In this document: one piece after another, positions 17,322-28,401 of the stretch
Layout of the letters: each line of letters begins with the position of its first letter
Position numbering within the stretch: position 1 is the first letter of the stretch
Assembly (NCBI GenBank): GCA_965238175.1
Contig: CBDEGZ010000003.1
Location: 2,016,001-2,080,000, forward strand
Direction of reading: 5' to 3'
Source: Gammaproteobacteria bacterium
Lineage (GTDB): Bacteria > Pseudomonadota > Gammaproteobacteria > CAJXQU01
Length of the DNA stretch: 64,000 bases
The notes under the pieces: model-generated
What the model saw: only the letters and a program-made list of their open reading frames with translations
Told to the model about the DNA's origin: nothing
Databases searched by the model: none
Position numbers and translations under genes: made by a program

Positions 17322-19990
17322 TCTTTGACGGAAATATTCTCTGTGTTTAGAGCAGAGAGAAGTGTATTTTCAAGGCATTCAAATTTGAGTGGATCTGTAA
17401 TCGGTTTGTTTTTCAAATCGGTTAAATAAAATATATCTTCTACACGTTCACCATAGGTTGCAACTTTAGCATTTTGCAAACGTACGCCACAAAAAGCCAT
17501 AGCCATTCCAATTAATGCCAGGATGCCAGGTTGATCAACAGCGGTAACTTCCATAACGGTACGTTGATTTTTTTGATCTTCACTAAAAGAAACTGTAGCG
17601 GGGTAATTAAAGCTGCGTAATTGACGTGGTTGCATACGCTCAATTTGGCTGAGTACTGGCTGAGGTGCTGAAAGGTATTCTTTTAGTGTCTTAATTATCT
17701 GCTCAGCACGTTTGTTGTTATTGATGGGCTTGTTTGTTGCAGCTTCTAACACGATGTAGGTATCAAGGTTATAACAACCATCTTTAGTTGTGAAAACGCG
17801 CGCATCAACCACGGTTAATCCCATCTGATCCATCGAGTGAGTCATTGCTGCGAACAAGCTATCTGTATCATGACAATAAATAAAAATTTCTGTACCACCG
17901 CGGCGTGTTTCTTGTCTGATTTTGATCAAGGGTAGATCTTCATCTTTGAGATCAATGATAGATTCTGTTTCCCAGGCAATTTCATCTGTTGAGTGTCGAA
18001 GAAAATAGTCATCACTAAGGTTTCCCCAAATGCTTCTAAGTTGTTTAATTTTTTCTTGTTCATTTGTCATCATCGTCAATACCTGGGCTTTTGCATGAGC
18101 GATGCGTTCTTCTTCTTCTATTGGGTTTTCAACGCCTCTTCGAAGTGTTTGAAGTGTTTTGCGATAAAGTTCCTTTAGTAGGGAATCTTTCCAGCTATTC
18201 CACAGATCTGGATCTGTTCCGCGAATATCGGCGACAGTAAGCAGATAGAGATAATCTAGATGGGTTTTGTCTCCAATTAGTTTTGCAAATTCAATAATTA
18301 TTTCTGGATCAGATAAATCTGTTTTTTGTGCAGTAACTGACATTTTCAGATGATGTTTAACCAACCAGGCGACCAGGTTTGTATCATAAGTGCCAAGGCC
18401 ATGGTGAATACAAAATTCTGTTGCATCTATGGCACCTAGTTTTGCATGATCTCCACCACGACCTTTTGCGATGTCATGGAATAACCCGGCTAGAAAAAGC
18501 AACTCTGGTTTTGGAATTTCACGATAAGCTTGAGCACAAACCGGAAGTTTTTCGACGCTTTCTTTTTGATCATAACGACGTAGATTGCGTACGACTTTGA
18601 GAGTGTGCTCATCTACTGTATAGACGTGAAATAGATCAAATTGCATTTGACCTGTTATTGCCTCAAAAGCGGGTAAGTAGGCACCTAAAACACCATAACG
18701 TTGCATGCGTTGTAGTTCGTGTCCAAGCCGTTTTGGTTGACGTATGATCTCCATAAACAGACTGCGTGCTCGAATGTCATTTCGAAATTCATCATCGATT
18801 AAATATAGATGATCTCTTATCGCACGTATTGTTTTTGAACGAACACCTTGTATGCCTGGATTTTGTTGTATGAGGAGAAAAATTTCGAGTAGCGCAAAAG
18901 GTGATCGCTTAAATACATTAGAGCGAGTGATTTTTATATAATCATTACGGATCTGAAATCGTTTGTTAACAGGAGTGATGGAAAAATCTTTTGGATTTTC
19001 AAGTAATGCTTCTTTGAAGAAACCTAACAACATTTCATTTAACTGACTGAGCTCAGTGATGGTTCGGTAGTAGAGCTTCATAAAGCCTTCAATCGCATGA
19101 TTTTTTTTGTCATCTATAAAACCAAATTGTACAGCGACTTTTTTTTGAGACTCAAACAGTAAACGATCTTCACGTCGGCCAGCAAGAAGGTGGAGAATAT
19201 AGCGAACTCGCCAAAGAAAATTTTGCCCTGCATTCAATGTTTGGTATTCATTTTCGGTTAAAAAATCATGGTGGACTAATTCTTCAAGTGTATCGGCTCC
19301 AAAATATCGTTTCACAACCCAGCCGATCATTTGTATGTCTCGTAAGCCCCCGAGGCCTTCTTTTACATTGGGTTCTAAATTATGAGCAGTATCTGCAAAT
19401 TTTTTGTGTCGTGCGATTTGCTCTTTAAACTTATCTTCGAAGAAATCTTTGTTAGACCAGATTTGATCGGGTCCTGTGGCCTTTTTCGTTGCTTTAAAAA
19501 TATCCAAACTACCAACTAATAAACGCGCTTCCATTAAATTAGTCGCGATGGAGATATCTTTTTTACCTTCTTCGGCACACTCAGCTACTGTGCGTACACT
19601 GAGTCCAACTTCGAGACCAATATCCCAAAGGAAGGTTACGAAAGCGGAAAGGATCTCATTGGTGGCAGCGTCAGGTTCTTGCTCAAAAATAATAGCGAGA
19701 TCAATATCTGAGCCGGGGTGTAATTCAGCGCGACCATAACCACCCACCGCCACCAGACTGAAACTTTTTTGATCAAGTTTATAATGTTCCCAGGCAATAG
19801 TGAGTAGTTGATCAATAAGGTTGGCCCGCTGCCTTACGAGTTGAACGACGGGAACATCAAGTTCAAATCGATACTTTAAGGTTTCGTTTCCTTCTTTGAG
19901 CGCCGATTTAAAAAGCGGAGTAGCATGAGTTGCGTTTTTTAAAGATTGTCGAAACTGTTTTCCATCGAAGAGTTCAAGATCTTGATTCAT
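17318..19990 (-). CDS. glnD: PII uridylyltransferase/uridylyl-removing enzyme
   Basis: AVGGYGRAELHPGSDIDL, HVYTVDEH, HDIAKGRGGDH, two ACT domains. Confidence 0.97.
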   Translation of the reverse strand: MNQDLELFDGKQFRQSLKNATHATPLFKSALKEGNETLKYRFELDVPVVQLVRQRANLIDQLLTIAWEHYKLDQKSFSLVAVGGYGRAELHPGSDIDLAIIFEQEPDAATNEILSAFVTFLWDIGLEVGLSVRTVAECAEEGKKDISIATNLMEARLLVGSLDIFKATKKATGPDQIWSNKDFFEDKFKEQIARHKKFADTAHNLEPNVKEGLGGLRDIQMIGWVVKRYFGADTLEELVHHDFLTENEYQTLNAGQNFLWRVRYILHLLAGRREDRLLFESQKKVAVQFGFIDDKKNHAIEGFMKLYYRTITELSQLNEMLLGFFKEALLENPKDFSITPVNKRFQIRNDYIKITRSNVFKRSPFALLEIFLLIQQNPGIQGVRSKTIRAIRDHLYLIDDEFRNDIRARSLFMEIIRQPKRLGHELQRMQRYGVLGAYLPAFEAITGQMQFDLFHVYTVDEHTLKVVRNLRRYDQKESVEKLPVCAQAYREIPKPELLFLAGLFHDIAKGRGGDHAKLGAIDATEFCIHHGLGTYDTNLVAWLVKHHLKMSVTAQKTDLSDPEIIIEFAKLIGDKTHLDYLYLLTVADIRGTDPDLWNSWKDSLLKELYRKTLQTLRRGVENPIEEEERIAHAKAQVLTMMTNEQEKIKQLRSIWGNLSDDYFLRHSTDEIAWETESIIDLKDEDLPLIKIRQETRRGGTEIFIYCHDTDSLFAAMTHSMDQMGLTVVDARVFTTKDGCYNLDTYIVLEAATNKPINNNKRAEQIIKTLKEYLSAPQPVLSQIERMQPRQLRSFNYPATVSFSEDQKNQRTVMEVTAVDQPGILALIGMAMAFCGVRLQNAKVATYGERVEDIFYLTDLKNKPITDPLKFECLENTLLSALNTENISVKE

Positions 19991-20027
19991 CGGTTTGCAA
20001 AGACACGTGATAAATCAGAAGGTGAGA

Positions 20028-20807
20028 TCAAAATGTTTCGTCAGGGCGTTTTGTTAATACTTCAACACCAGAATTTGTTACTGCCAGTGTGTGTTCCCAC
20101 TGAGCGGACATTTTTCTATCTTTTGTCACAACTGTCCAACCATCTGGTAATGTCGAAACATGGCGTTTACCGAGATTGATCATTGGCTCAATCGTGAAAG
20201 TCATACCCTCTTCAAGAATGAGTCCAGTACCGGCTTCACCGTAATGAAGTACCTGAGGTTCTTCATGAAAGACGCGACCAATACCGTGGCCGCAGTACTC
20301 TCTGACTGCGGAACAATTATTTTTCTCGGCATAGACTTGAATAGCATGGCCTATGTCGCCAAGTGTGGTTCCGGGTTTAACCAGATCAATTCCAATCAGT
20401 AAACAATCGCGGCTGATTTCACAGACTCTTTGTCGTGCCAGGATCGGTTTGCCAACGTTAAACATTTTGCTGGTATCACCATGGAATTCATCTTTGATCA
20501 CTGTTATATCAATATTGACAATATCACCGTCTTTGAGTTTCCGATCGTTTGGAATACCATGGCAGACAACATGATTTACTGAGGTGCAAATTGATTTAGG
20601 GAAACCACGATAATTCAGTGGTGCAGGGATCACTTTTTGTTCATTGACCATGTAGTCGTGACAAATTTGATCCAACTCATTTGTGGCCACTCCAGGTTGG
20701 ACATGAGGAGCGATCATTTCCAGTACGTCGGCCGCCAGTTTGCCAGCCGCACGCATTTTTTCGATTTCTTTAGGGGTTTTAATGGTCACAGACACGGTTT
20801 CCGCCAT
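20028..20807 (-). CDS. map: Methionine aminopeptidase type I
   Basis: CTSVNHVVCHGIP, GHGIG, TIEPMIN, SAQWEHT. Confidence 0.97.
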   Translation of the reverse strand: MAETVSVTIKTPKEIEKMRAAGKLAADVLEMIAPHVQPGVATNELDQICHDYMVNEQKVIPAPLNYRGFPKSICTSVNHVVCHGIPNDRKLKDGDIVNIDITVIKDEFHGDTSKMFNVGKPILARQRVCEISRDCLLIGIDLVKPGTTLGDIGHAIQVYAEKNNCSAVREYCGHGIGRVFHEEPQVLHYGEAGTGLILEEGMTFTIEPMINLGKRHVSTLPDGWTVVTKDRKMSAQWEHTLAVTNSGVEVLTKRPDETF

Positions 20808-20833
20808 TTCTAATTGTCGTTATAAAGGTTCTA

Positions 20834-20850
20834 TGTTATAAATGCGCGGC
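20834..20850 (+). promoter_or_regulatory. Probable rpsB promoter: extended -10 and GC-rich discriminator
   Basis: TGtTATAAAtGCGCGGC, resembling the enterobacterial rpsB promoter. Confidence 0.6.
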
Positions 20851-20923
20851 TTGATAAGCAACAAATCTTTTTGATATTGTTTGCCGATTCAAGTATAGCG
20901 CTACATAACAGTAGCAACTACGA

Positions 20924-21035
20924 GCATACACCAAACTGTTCGCTGGGGTGCCCAGAATAAAGCACTATATAAAGTAACTACGTTATATAGTCAATTCTAG
21001 AGGTCGGCGACAGGGCGTATGTGAAGTCTTAACCC
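20924..21035 (+). ncRNA. rpsB leader (t44 / S2 autoregulatory element)
   Basis: GCATAC..GGGGTGCC..GGTCGG..GTATGT..TAACCC just upstream of rpsB. Confidence 0.8.
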
Positions 21036-21051
21036 TGACAGGAGAATTCTA

Positions 21052-21861
21052 ATGGCAGACGTAAGTATGCGCCAAATGCTAGAAGCTGGCGTTCATTTCG
21101 GGCATCAGACCCGATATTGGCATCCAAAAATGGCCCCTTATATATTTGGGGATCGTAACAAAATCCATATCATCAACTTGGAAGAAACACTTCCAAGATT
21201 CAACGACGCAATGAATTTTATCGGCAAGATTGCTTCTAAAAAAGGTAATGTCCTTTTTGTTGGCACAAAACGATCTGCTCAGATTGTGATTAAAGAAGAA
21301 GCTGAACGTTGTGGTATGCCTTATGTTAACCGGCGTTGGCTTGGTGGAATGCTGACTAACTATAAAACGGTTAAGCAATCTATCAATCGTCTTAAAACCC
21401 TCCAAGAGATGCAAGAAAACGGCACGCTTGATCGTCGTACAAAAAAAGAAAAGTTGATGCTAACTCGCGAAATGGACAAGCTTGAAAATAATATTGGTGG
21501 TATCAAGGATATGAGAGGTATCCCAGATGTTATGTTTGTTATTGATGTTGGTCATGAAAAAATTGCAATTGCAGAAGCCAATAAGTTGGGCATCCCTGTT
21601 GTTGCCGTTGTTGATACTAACTGTGAGCCAAAGGGTGTTGACTATGTTATCCCGGGTAATGACGATGCGATAAGTGCGATCAAACTTTACATGGCAGCAG
21701 CAGCAGATTCTATTTTAGATGGTCGGCAAGTTATCCCAACAGCTTCTACACAAGGAACAGGCGAGTATATTGAAGTCGCTGCAGCTAAGGTTGAAGATAA
21801 AGCACCAGAGCCTGCTGAAGAAGCGGCTGAAAGTGCTACGGCTGACAAAGCAGATAAATAA
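21052..21861 (+). CDS. rpsB: 30S ribosomal protein S2
   Basis: [32 protein letters not shown]. Confidence 0.99.
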   Translation: MADVSMRQMLEAGVHFGHQTRYWHPKMAPYIFGDRNKIHIINLEETLPRFNDAMNFIGKIASKKGNVLFVGTKRSAQIVIKEEAERCGMPYVNRRWLGGMLTNYKTVKQSINRLKTLQEMQENGTLDRRTKKEKLMLTREMDKLENNIGGIKDMRGIPDVMFVIDVGHEKIAIAEANKLGIPVVAVVDTNCEPKGVDYVIPGNDDAISAIKLYMAAAADSILDGRQVIPTASTQGTGEYIEVAAAKVEDKAPEPAEEAAESATADKADK

Positions 21862-21904
21862 GTCTGAAATAGAAAGTCTTGGAATTTAGAAAGAGGTAAT
21901 CAAA

Positions 21905-22795
21905 ATGCAGATAACTGCTGCGATGGTTAAAGAACTACGCGAGCTCACTGGAGCTGGTATGATGGAATGTAAGAAAGCGCTGACGGAATGTGATGGTAAT
22001 CTTGACGATGCTATCGAAATGATGCGCAAAGCGGGTACTGCAAAGGCGGCTAAAAAGTCTGGTCGAATTGCGGCCGAAGGTCAAATTAAAATTGCAATCT
22101 CTGAGTGCGGCAAAAAAGCGGCAATAGTTGAAGTGAATGCAGAAACTGATTTTGCGACAAAATCGGACGATTTTGTCAATTTTGCGGACAAAGTAACACA
22201 GTGTGTGTTGACAAATGAGCCTGTAGATATTGATGCGTTAAATGAACTTCCACTTGAAGGTGGTGGTGATGCCGTATTATTAAGTCGTGATCATTTAGTT
22301 GCAAAGATTGGTGAAAACATCAACGTGCGTCGTTTCACTATTATTTCTACAAATGGGCAGTTAGGTTCTTATTTACACGGTGCTCGAATCGGTGCTGTAG
22401 TTGAACTTGCTGGTGGAGATGAAAATTTAGCTAAAGACGTTGCAATGCATATTGCAGCTACTCGTCCTGTTTCTATTAGCGAAGATGAGGTTCCTGCAGA
22501 ATTGTTGGAAAAAGAGAAAGATATTTTTATGGCACAAGCTGCCGAAAGTGGTAAACCACCAGAAATTATTGAGAAAATGATCACCGGACGAATGAAGAAA
22601 TTTGTCGCTGAAATTACGCTTACAGGTCAACCTTTTGTTAAAGATCCTGACCAAACTGTTGGTTCCTTGCTGTCTGCAGCGAATGCAAGTGTTAGTTCAT
22701 TTACCTGTTACGAGGTGGGTGAAGGTATTGAGAAGAAACAGGAAGATTTTGCAGCTGAAGTAGAAGCGCAAGCTCAAGCGGCAAAAAAAGCTTAA
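21905..22795 (+). CDS. tsf: Elongation factor Ts
   Basis: VKELRELTGAGMMECKKAL, ETDF. Confidence 0.99.
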   Translation: MQITAAMVKELRELTGAGMMECKKALTECDGNLDDAIEMMRKAGTAKAAKKSGRIAAEGQIKIAISECGKKAAIVEVNAETDFATKSDDFVNFADKVTQCVLTNEPVDIDALNELPLEGGGDAVLLSRDHLVAKIGENINVRRFTIISTNGQLGSYLHGARIGAVVELAGGDENLAKDVAMHIAATRPVSISEDEVPAELLEKEKDIFMAQAAESGKPPEIIEKMITGRMKKFVAEITLTGQPFVKDPDQTVGSLLSAANASVSSFTCYEVGEGIEKKQEDFAAEVEAQAQAAKKA

Positions 22796-22811
22796 CCGAA
22801 CTAACTTATAA

Positions 22812-23564
<753 letters not shown>

Positions 23565-23601
23565 GTGTAACCTGGTCAGAAAAAACATCGGGAGATAGAG
23601 G

Positions 23602-24159
23602 ATGATAAAAGAAATTATTAAAGATGCTGATATTCGCATGAATAAAAGTATTGAGTCATTGAAGCTTGAACTGGCTAAGATAAGAACCGGCAGGGCCCAT
23701 CCTTCTCTGCTCGATCATATCACTGTTGAATACTATGGATCACAGGTTCCACTGAGTCAGGTGGCAAATATAAACGTACAGGATTCTCGTACATTGAGCC
23801 TAACTCCGTGGGAAAAACCAATGGTGTCCGAAGTGGAAAAGGCGATTATGAATTCTGATCTTGGTCTTAACCCTTCAACGGCCGGCGAAATCATACGTAT
23901 CCCTTTGCCTCCCTTAACCGAGGAACGTCGTAAAGATTTGATCAAGGTGGTCAGAAGTGAAGGTGAGCAGACTAAAGTGGCACTACGAAATATTCGCCGA
24001 GATGCAAATAGCACCTTTAAAGAGCTCTTAAAAGAAAAAGAGATCAGCGAAGATGATGAACGTAAAGGTGAGGAACAGGTTCAAAAAGTTATCGACACAA
24101 ACTCAAAGAAGATCGATGAGTTGCTTGTTGAAAAAGAAAAAGAGTTGATGGAAATTTAA
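23602..24159 (+). CDS. frr: Ribosome recycling factor
   Basis: [23 protein letters not shown]. Confidence 0.98.
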   Translation: MIKEIIKDADIRMNKSIESLKLELAKIRTGRAHPSLLDHITVEYYGSQVPLSQVANINVQDSRTLSLTPWEKPMVSEVEKAIMNSDLGLNPSTAGEIIRIPLPPLTEERRKDLIKVVRSEGEQTKVALRNIRRDANSTFKELLKEKEISEDDERKGEEQVQKVIDTNSKKIDELLVEKEKELMEI

Positions 24160-24215
24160 CATTAATCAATCTCTAATCAGCCGTAAACCCAGCTTAAAAC
24201 TAGCATAAAAAAATT

Positions 24216-24941
24216 ATGACAGATTCATTGCCACAACATGTTGCCATCATTATGGATGGTAATGGACGCTGGGCAAAAAACAGAAAACTTCCACGAATAG
24301 CTGGTCACCGATCAGGTGTAGAAACCGTCAGAAAAATCGTCCGTTCTTGTGCAAAGCAAGGGATTGATGTTTTAACACTTTTTGCATTCAGTAGTGAAAA
24401 TTGGAAACGCCCTAAACGTGAAGTAAACTTATTAATGCAGCTCTTTGTCAGAGCGCTTCAACAAGAAGTAGATAGTCTCAATAATAATAATGTCAGACTC
24501 AGAGTGATTGGAGATTTGACTGCATTACCACCAAAGTTGCAAAAACTAATTTCAAATGCGCAAGCTGTGACAAAAGATAACACGGGTTTGACATTGGTCA
24601 TCGCAGCAAATTATGGAGGCCGCTGGGATATGACACAGGCTATGCAGCAGCTTGCCGAAATGGTCTCTGATGGAAAACTGAAATCTGGTGAAATTACCCC
24701 AGAATTAATTCAACAATATCTTTGTATTAGTGATCTCCCTGAGCCGGATTTGTTTATCAGAACCGGAGGAGAACAGCGGATTAGTAATTATCTACTTTGG
24801 CAACTGGCGTATACAGAATTGTATTTCACTGAAAAACTTTGGCCCGAGTTTAGCGAGGACAATTTTTTGGAAGCGCTTAGTTCATTTTCTGGTCGACAAC
24901 GTCGTTTTGGTCGAACTGCTGAACAGGTAGAAAATGCTTAA
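24216..24941 (+). CDS. uppS: Undecaprenyl diphosphate synthase
   Basis: HVAIIMDGNGRWA, AFSSENWKRP, RISNYLLWQ. Confidence 0.97.
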   Translation: MTDSLPQHVAIIMDGNGRWAKNRKLPRIAGHRSGVETVRKIVRSCAKQGIDVLTLFAFSSENWKRPKREVNLLMQLFVRALQQEVDSLNNNNVRLRVIGDLTALPPKLQKLISNAQAVTKDNTGLTLVIAANYGGRWDMTQAMQQLAEMVSDGKLKSGEITPELIQQYLCISDLPEPDLFIRTGGEQRISNYLLWQLAYTELYFTEKLWPEFSEDNFLEALSSFSGRQRRFGRTAEQVENA

Positions 24942-25758
24942 ACAGAGAGTGTTGACAGCACTTTTTTTGGCGCCATGTGTTTTGGGTTCAATCTACTTTT
25001 TATCGACAACGGCTGTTGCGGTTATTTTAGGCTTAATTATTTTGATCGGTGCTTGGGAATGGGTGGGACTTTCCGGTTTTGACAGTATACAAATAAAAGT
25101 GGCTTACATATCTGTAATGGCTATTTTAATGATTTTTTGTTACCCATTAATTACAACATCACTGCTTATTATTTTCTTATCAATAGCTTGTCTCTGGTGG
25201 TTTTTTTGCTTATTGGTCATTATCTCATCTCAGATGAAAGAAGTACTGCCAAGTCAGAATAAGCATTTATTTTTACTTATTGGGTTATTGATTCTTATTC
25301 CGTCGTGGATGAGTCTGTTATATCTGCACGGACATCCATCTCTTGGGTCTGAGTGGGTGCTCTTTTTGTTAGTTTTAATCTGGACGGCTGATATTGGAGC
25401 GTATTTTGCTGGACGAACATTAGGACGTCGAAAATTAGCCGATAAAATTAGTCCTGGGAAAAGTTGGGAAGGAGTGATTGGTGGTCTTGTAGCGGTATTG
25501 ATCATGAGCCTGCTTTTATTGCCATATTTAATTTCTACGGAAGAAATTCCGACAATTTTGATTTTGTTGTGTCTAATAACCGTTATGTTCTCAGTTTTAG
25601 GAGATTTAGCCGAAAGTGTTGTGAAGCGTATTGCTGGGAAAAAGGACAGTGGACATATCTTACCTGGACACGGCGGAGTGATGGATAGAATAGATAGCTT
25701 AACTGCCGCATCGCCGATATTTACTACGGGAATAATTTTATCAGCTTATGTTTCATAG
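24934..25758 (+). CDS. cdsA: Phosphatidate cytidylyltransferase
   Basis: ISPGKSWEG, KDSG..LPGHGGVMDRIDS. Confidence 0.97.
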   Translation: MLKQRVLTALFLAPCVLGSIYFLSTTAVAVILGLIILIGAWEWVGLSGFDSIQIKVAYISVMAILMIFCYPLITTSLLIIFLSIACLWWFFCLLVIISSQMKEVLPSQNKHLFLLIGLLILIPSWMSLLYLHGHPSLGSEWVLFLLVLIWTADIGAYFAGRTLGRRKLADKISPGKSWEGVIGGLVAVLIMSLLLLPYLISTEEIPTILILLCLITVMFSVLGDLAESVVKRIAGKKDSGHILPGHGGVMDRIDSLTAASPIFTTGIILSAYVS

Positions 25759-25772
25759 TTGTGTGACATAGA

Positions 25773-26963
25773 ATGATAGGTGTAACCATTCTTGGTTCAA
25801 CGGGTACCATTGGTGTTAATACACTAGATGTGATCAGCCGTCATCAAAGCGACTTCTGTGTAATCTCACTCACAGCAAATAAGAATGTTGATGATCTTTT
25901 TGATCAATGTGAAAAGTGGCAACCCCTTTACGCGGTTATGGCGGATGAAGACAGTGCTGAAAAACTTCGAGAGAGGATGAAAGCAGTTTCTTTTCAGATA
26001 GAAGTTCTTGCTGGCATTCAGGGTTTAGAACAAGTTGCATCAATGCAAAAAACTGATTATGTGATGGCTGGAATTGTCGGTGCAGCTGGTTTACTTCCAA
26101 CACTTGCTGCGGCAAATGCGGGTAAACGCGTCATGCTAGCCAATAAAGAAGCATTGGTAATGTCAGGAAAGTTGTTTATGGATGCTGCTAGAGATAATCA
26201 AGCACAGATCTTACCTATAGACAGTGAACACAATGCAATTTTCCAAAGTATGCCTTGGGATTATTCTGACCAAGGCTCGCAGGTATTATCTGATATAGGT
26301 GTGAATAAGATCTTACTGACGGCTTCAGGTGGCCCTTTTCGTAAGATGTCGATTTCTGATCTTGAATCTGTCACACCAGCACAAGCAATAGCCCATCCAA
26401 ATTGGGTGATGGGTCAAAAAATCTCGGTTGATTCAGCAACGATGATGAATAAGGGTCTGGAGATCATTGAGGCCTGTTGGTTATTCAGTACGGACACTAC
26501 GAATATTGAGGTTGTTATACATCCACAAAGCGTTATTCATTCTATGGTGCAATACAACGACGGATCTGTACTGGCGCAGTTAGGTAATCCTGATATGAGA
26601 ACACCTATTGCCTATGCACTCTCGTGGCCGAACAGAATTGATGCCGGTGTTGAAGATCTCGATTTGTTTGATATTGCGAAGTTGGAGTTTGAGCGACCAG
26701 ATCCTGACCGTTTTCCGTGTTTGCGTCTTGCTAATGAGGCGATAAATGCGGGAGGCACTCAAACGGCAATATTAAATGCAGCCAATGAAATAGCGGTAGA
26801 ATCATTTTTATCAGGCGATCTGAAATTTTCCGCTATTCCAGCGGTCATAGAGGAGACCCTTTCGAGTGTTGCGGGAAGATCTGCGGACTCGATTAGCGTT
26901 ATACTAGACGCAGATAAAAATGCCCGTGAGCATGCAAAAGAATTGGTTAAATTAAAGCTCTAA
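25773..26963 (+). CDS. dxr: 1-deoxy-D-xylulose 5-phosphate reductoisomerase
   Basis: LGSTGTIG, LANKE, PIDSEH, HPNWVMG.KISVDSATM. Confidence 0.98.
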   Translation: MIGVTILGSTGTIGVNTLDVISRHQSDFCVISLTANKNVDDLFDQCEKWQPLYAVMADEDSAEKLRERMKAVSFQIEVLAGIQGLEQVASMQKTDYVMAGIVGAAGLLPTLAAANAGKRVMLANKEALVMSGKLFMDAARDNQAQILPIDSEHNAIFQSMPWDYSDQGSQVLSDIGVNKILLTASGGPFRKMSISDLESVTPAQAIAHPNWVMGQKISVDSATMMNKGLEIIEACWLFSTDTTNIEVVIHPQSVIHSMVQYNDGSVLAQLGNPDMRTPIAYALSWPNRIDAGVEDLDLFDIAKLEFERPDPDRFPCLRLANEAINAGGTQTAILNAANEIAVESFLSGDLKFSAIPAVIEETLSSVAGRSADSISVILDADKNAREHAKELVKLKL

Positions 26964-27013
26964 ATAAAATCATTGTGATCACGAATAGTAACTATTAAAA
27001 GGAACCTATAGAT

Positions 27014-28375
27014 ATGGAAATATTGCAGAATATTCTGGCATTCATCCTCGCTATAGCAATCTTAGTGACGATCCATGAGTTCGGTCATTTTTGGGTTGCA
27101 AAAAAACTTGGAATCAAAATTTTGCGTTTTTCTGTTGGTTTCGGTAAACCATTATGGTCAAAACGTTACGGAGAGGATAATACAGAATTTACCATTGCTA
27201 CTATTCCACTTGGCGGTTACGTTAAAATGCTGGATGAACGTGAAGGTGCTGTTGCTCCTTATCAAAGACACAGAGCATTTAACACTCAACCAGTGCTTAA
27301 TCGAATTGCTGTAGTTATTGCAGGTCCGTTGTTCAATTTCATTTTTGCTATCTTTGCCTACTGGATGGTGTTTGTGATCGGGGTTTCTGGTGCAAAACCA
27401 TTAATTGGTGAAGTTAAAGAAAATACACCTGCTGCGATAGCTGGAATTGAATCAGATTACGAAATTCTGGCTGTCGAAGGTGACAGAACACCAACCTGGT
27501 CAGCATTTGTACAGAAGTGTATTAATAAGATTGTCGATGGAGAGACGTTTGATCTCTTGATCAAAGACCAGCATGGTTATGAAAAAACCTTACAGATGGA
27601 TTTGTCTTCGATCCAGATCGATGATTTATCAAAAGGTAACTTACTTAACCGACTCGGTTTTAGTCCAAAAAGATTCCCTCTAGCTCCGGTTATTGCTCAA
27701 GTTGTATCAAACAGTGCGGCAGAGAAAGCTGGGGTTAAATCTGGTGATAAGATTATTTCTGCTGATGGAGCTCCGATTGGGACATGGATGGACTGGGTAA
27801 GGTATGTTCAAGCTAGACCTGGCATAGAGATCAAGACGGAGATCCTTCGTGATCAGCAACAATTGTTTTTGCAATTAACACCTGTTCGGTTTGAACAAGA
27901 TGATAAAACTGTAGGCCGAATCGGTGCAACTGTTCAATTTGAAAAGTTAGACGCTGATTTTGTTGGCGTAGATAAATACGCTCCTATGGCAGCATTTATG
28001 CATGGTATTAAGAAAACTTGGGAAATGTCAGGCTTAACATTGAAACTAATGGGCAAGATGATAATGGGTGAGGCATCTGTTAAAAATCTGAGCGGACCAA
28101 TCAGTATCGCTCAGTATGCGGGACAATCGGCAACGATCGGGCTAACCGCTTTCCTTTCGTTTTTAGCGATTGTCAGTGTCAGTCTGGGTGTGCTTAATTT
28201 GTTGCCTATTCCGATCCTTGATGGTGGGCATTTACTTTATTATCTTGTCGAATTACTGATTGGAAAACCAGTTTCAGAATCCGTACAAGTGGTTGGACAG
28301 AACATTGGAATAGTCCTACTGGTCGCAATGATGAGCGTTGCCTTTTATAATGACCTCGCTCGAATATTCTCCTGA
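27014..28375 (+). CDS. rseP: Intramembrane Zn protease RseP
   Basis: HEFGH, PDZ domains, NLLPIPILDGG. Confidence 0.96.
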   Translation: MEILQNILAFILAIAILVTIHEFGHFWVAKKLGIKILRFSVGFGKPLWSKRYGEDNTEFTIATIPLGGYVKMLDEREGAVAPYQRHRAFNTQPVLNRIAVVIAGPLFNFIFAIFAYWMVFVIGVSGAKPLIGEVKENTPAAIAGIESDYEILAVEGDRTPTWSAFVQKCINKIVDGETFDLLIKDQHGYEKTLQMDLSSIQIDDLSKGNLLNRLGFSPKRFPLAPVIAQVVSNSAAEKAGVKSGDKIISADGAPIGTWMDWVRYVQARPGIEIKTEILRDQQQLFLQLTPVRFEQDDKTVGRIGATVQFEKLDADFVGVDKYAPMAAFMHGIKKTWEMSGLTLKLMGKMIMGEASVKNLSGPISIAQYAGQSATIGLTAFLSFLAIVSVSLGVLNLLPIPILDGGHLLYYLVELLIGKPVSESVQVVGQNIGIVLLVAMMSVAFYNDLARIFS

Positions 28376-28401
28376 AGCAAAGGACAAGAAACACACTTTT
28401 T

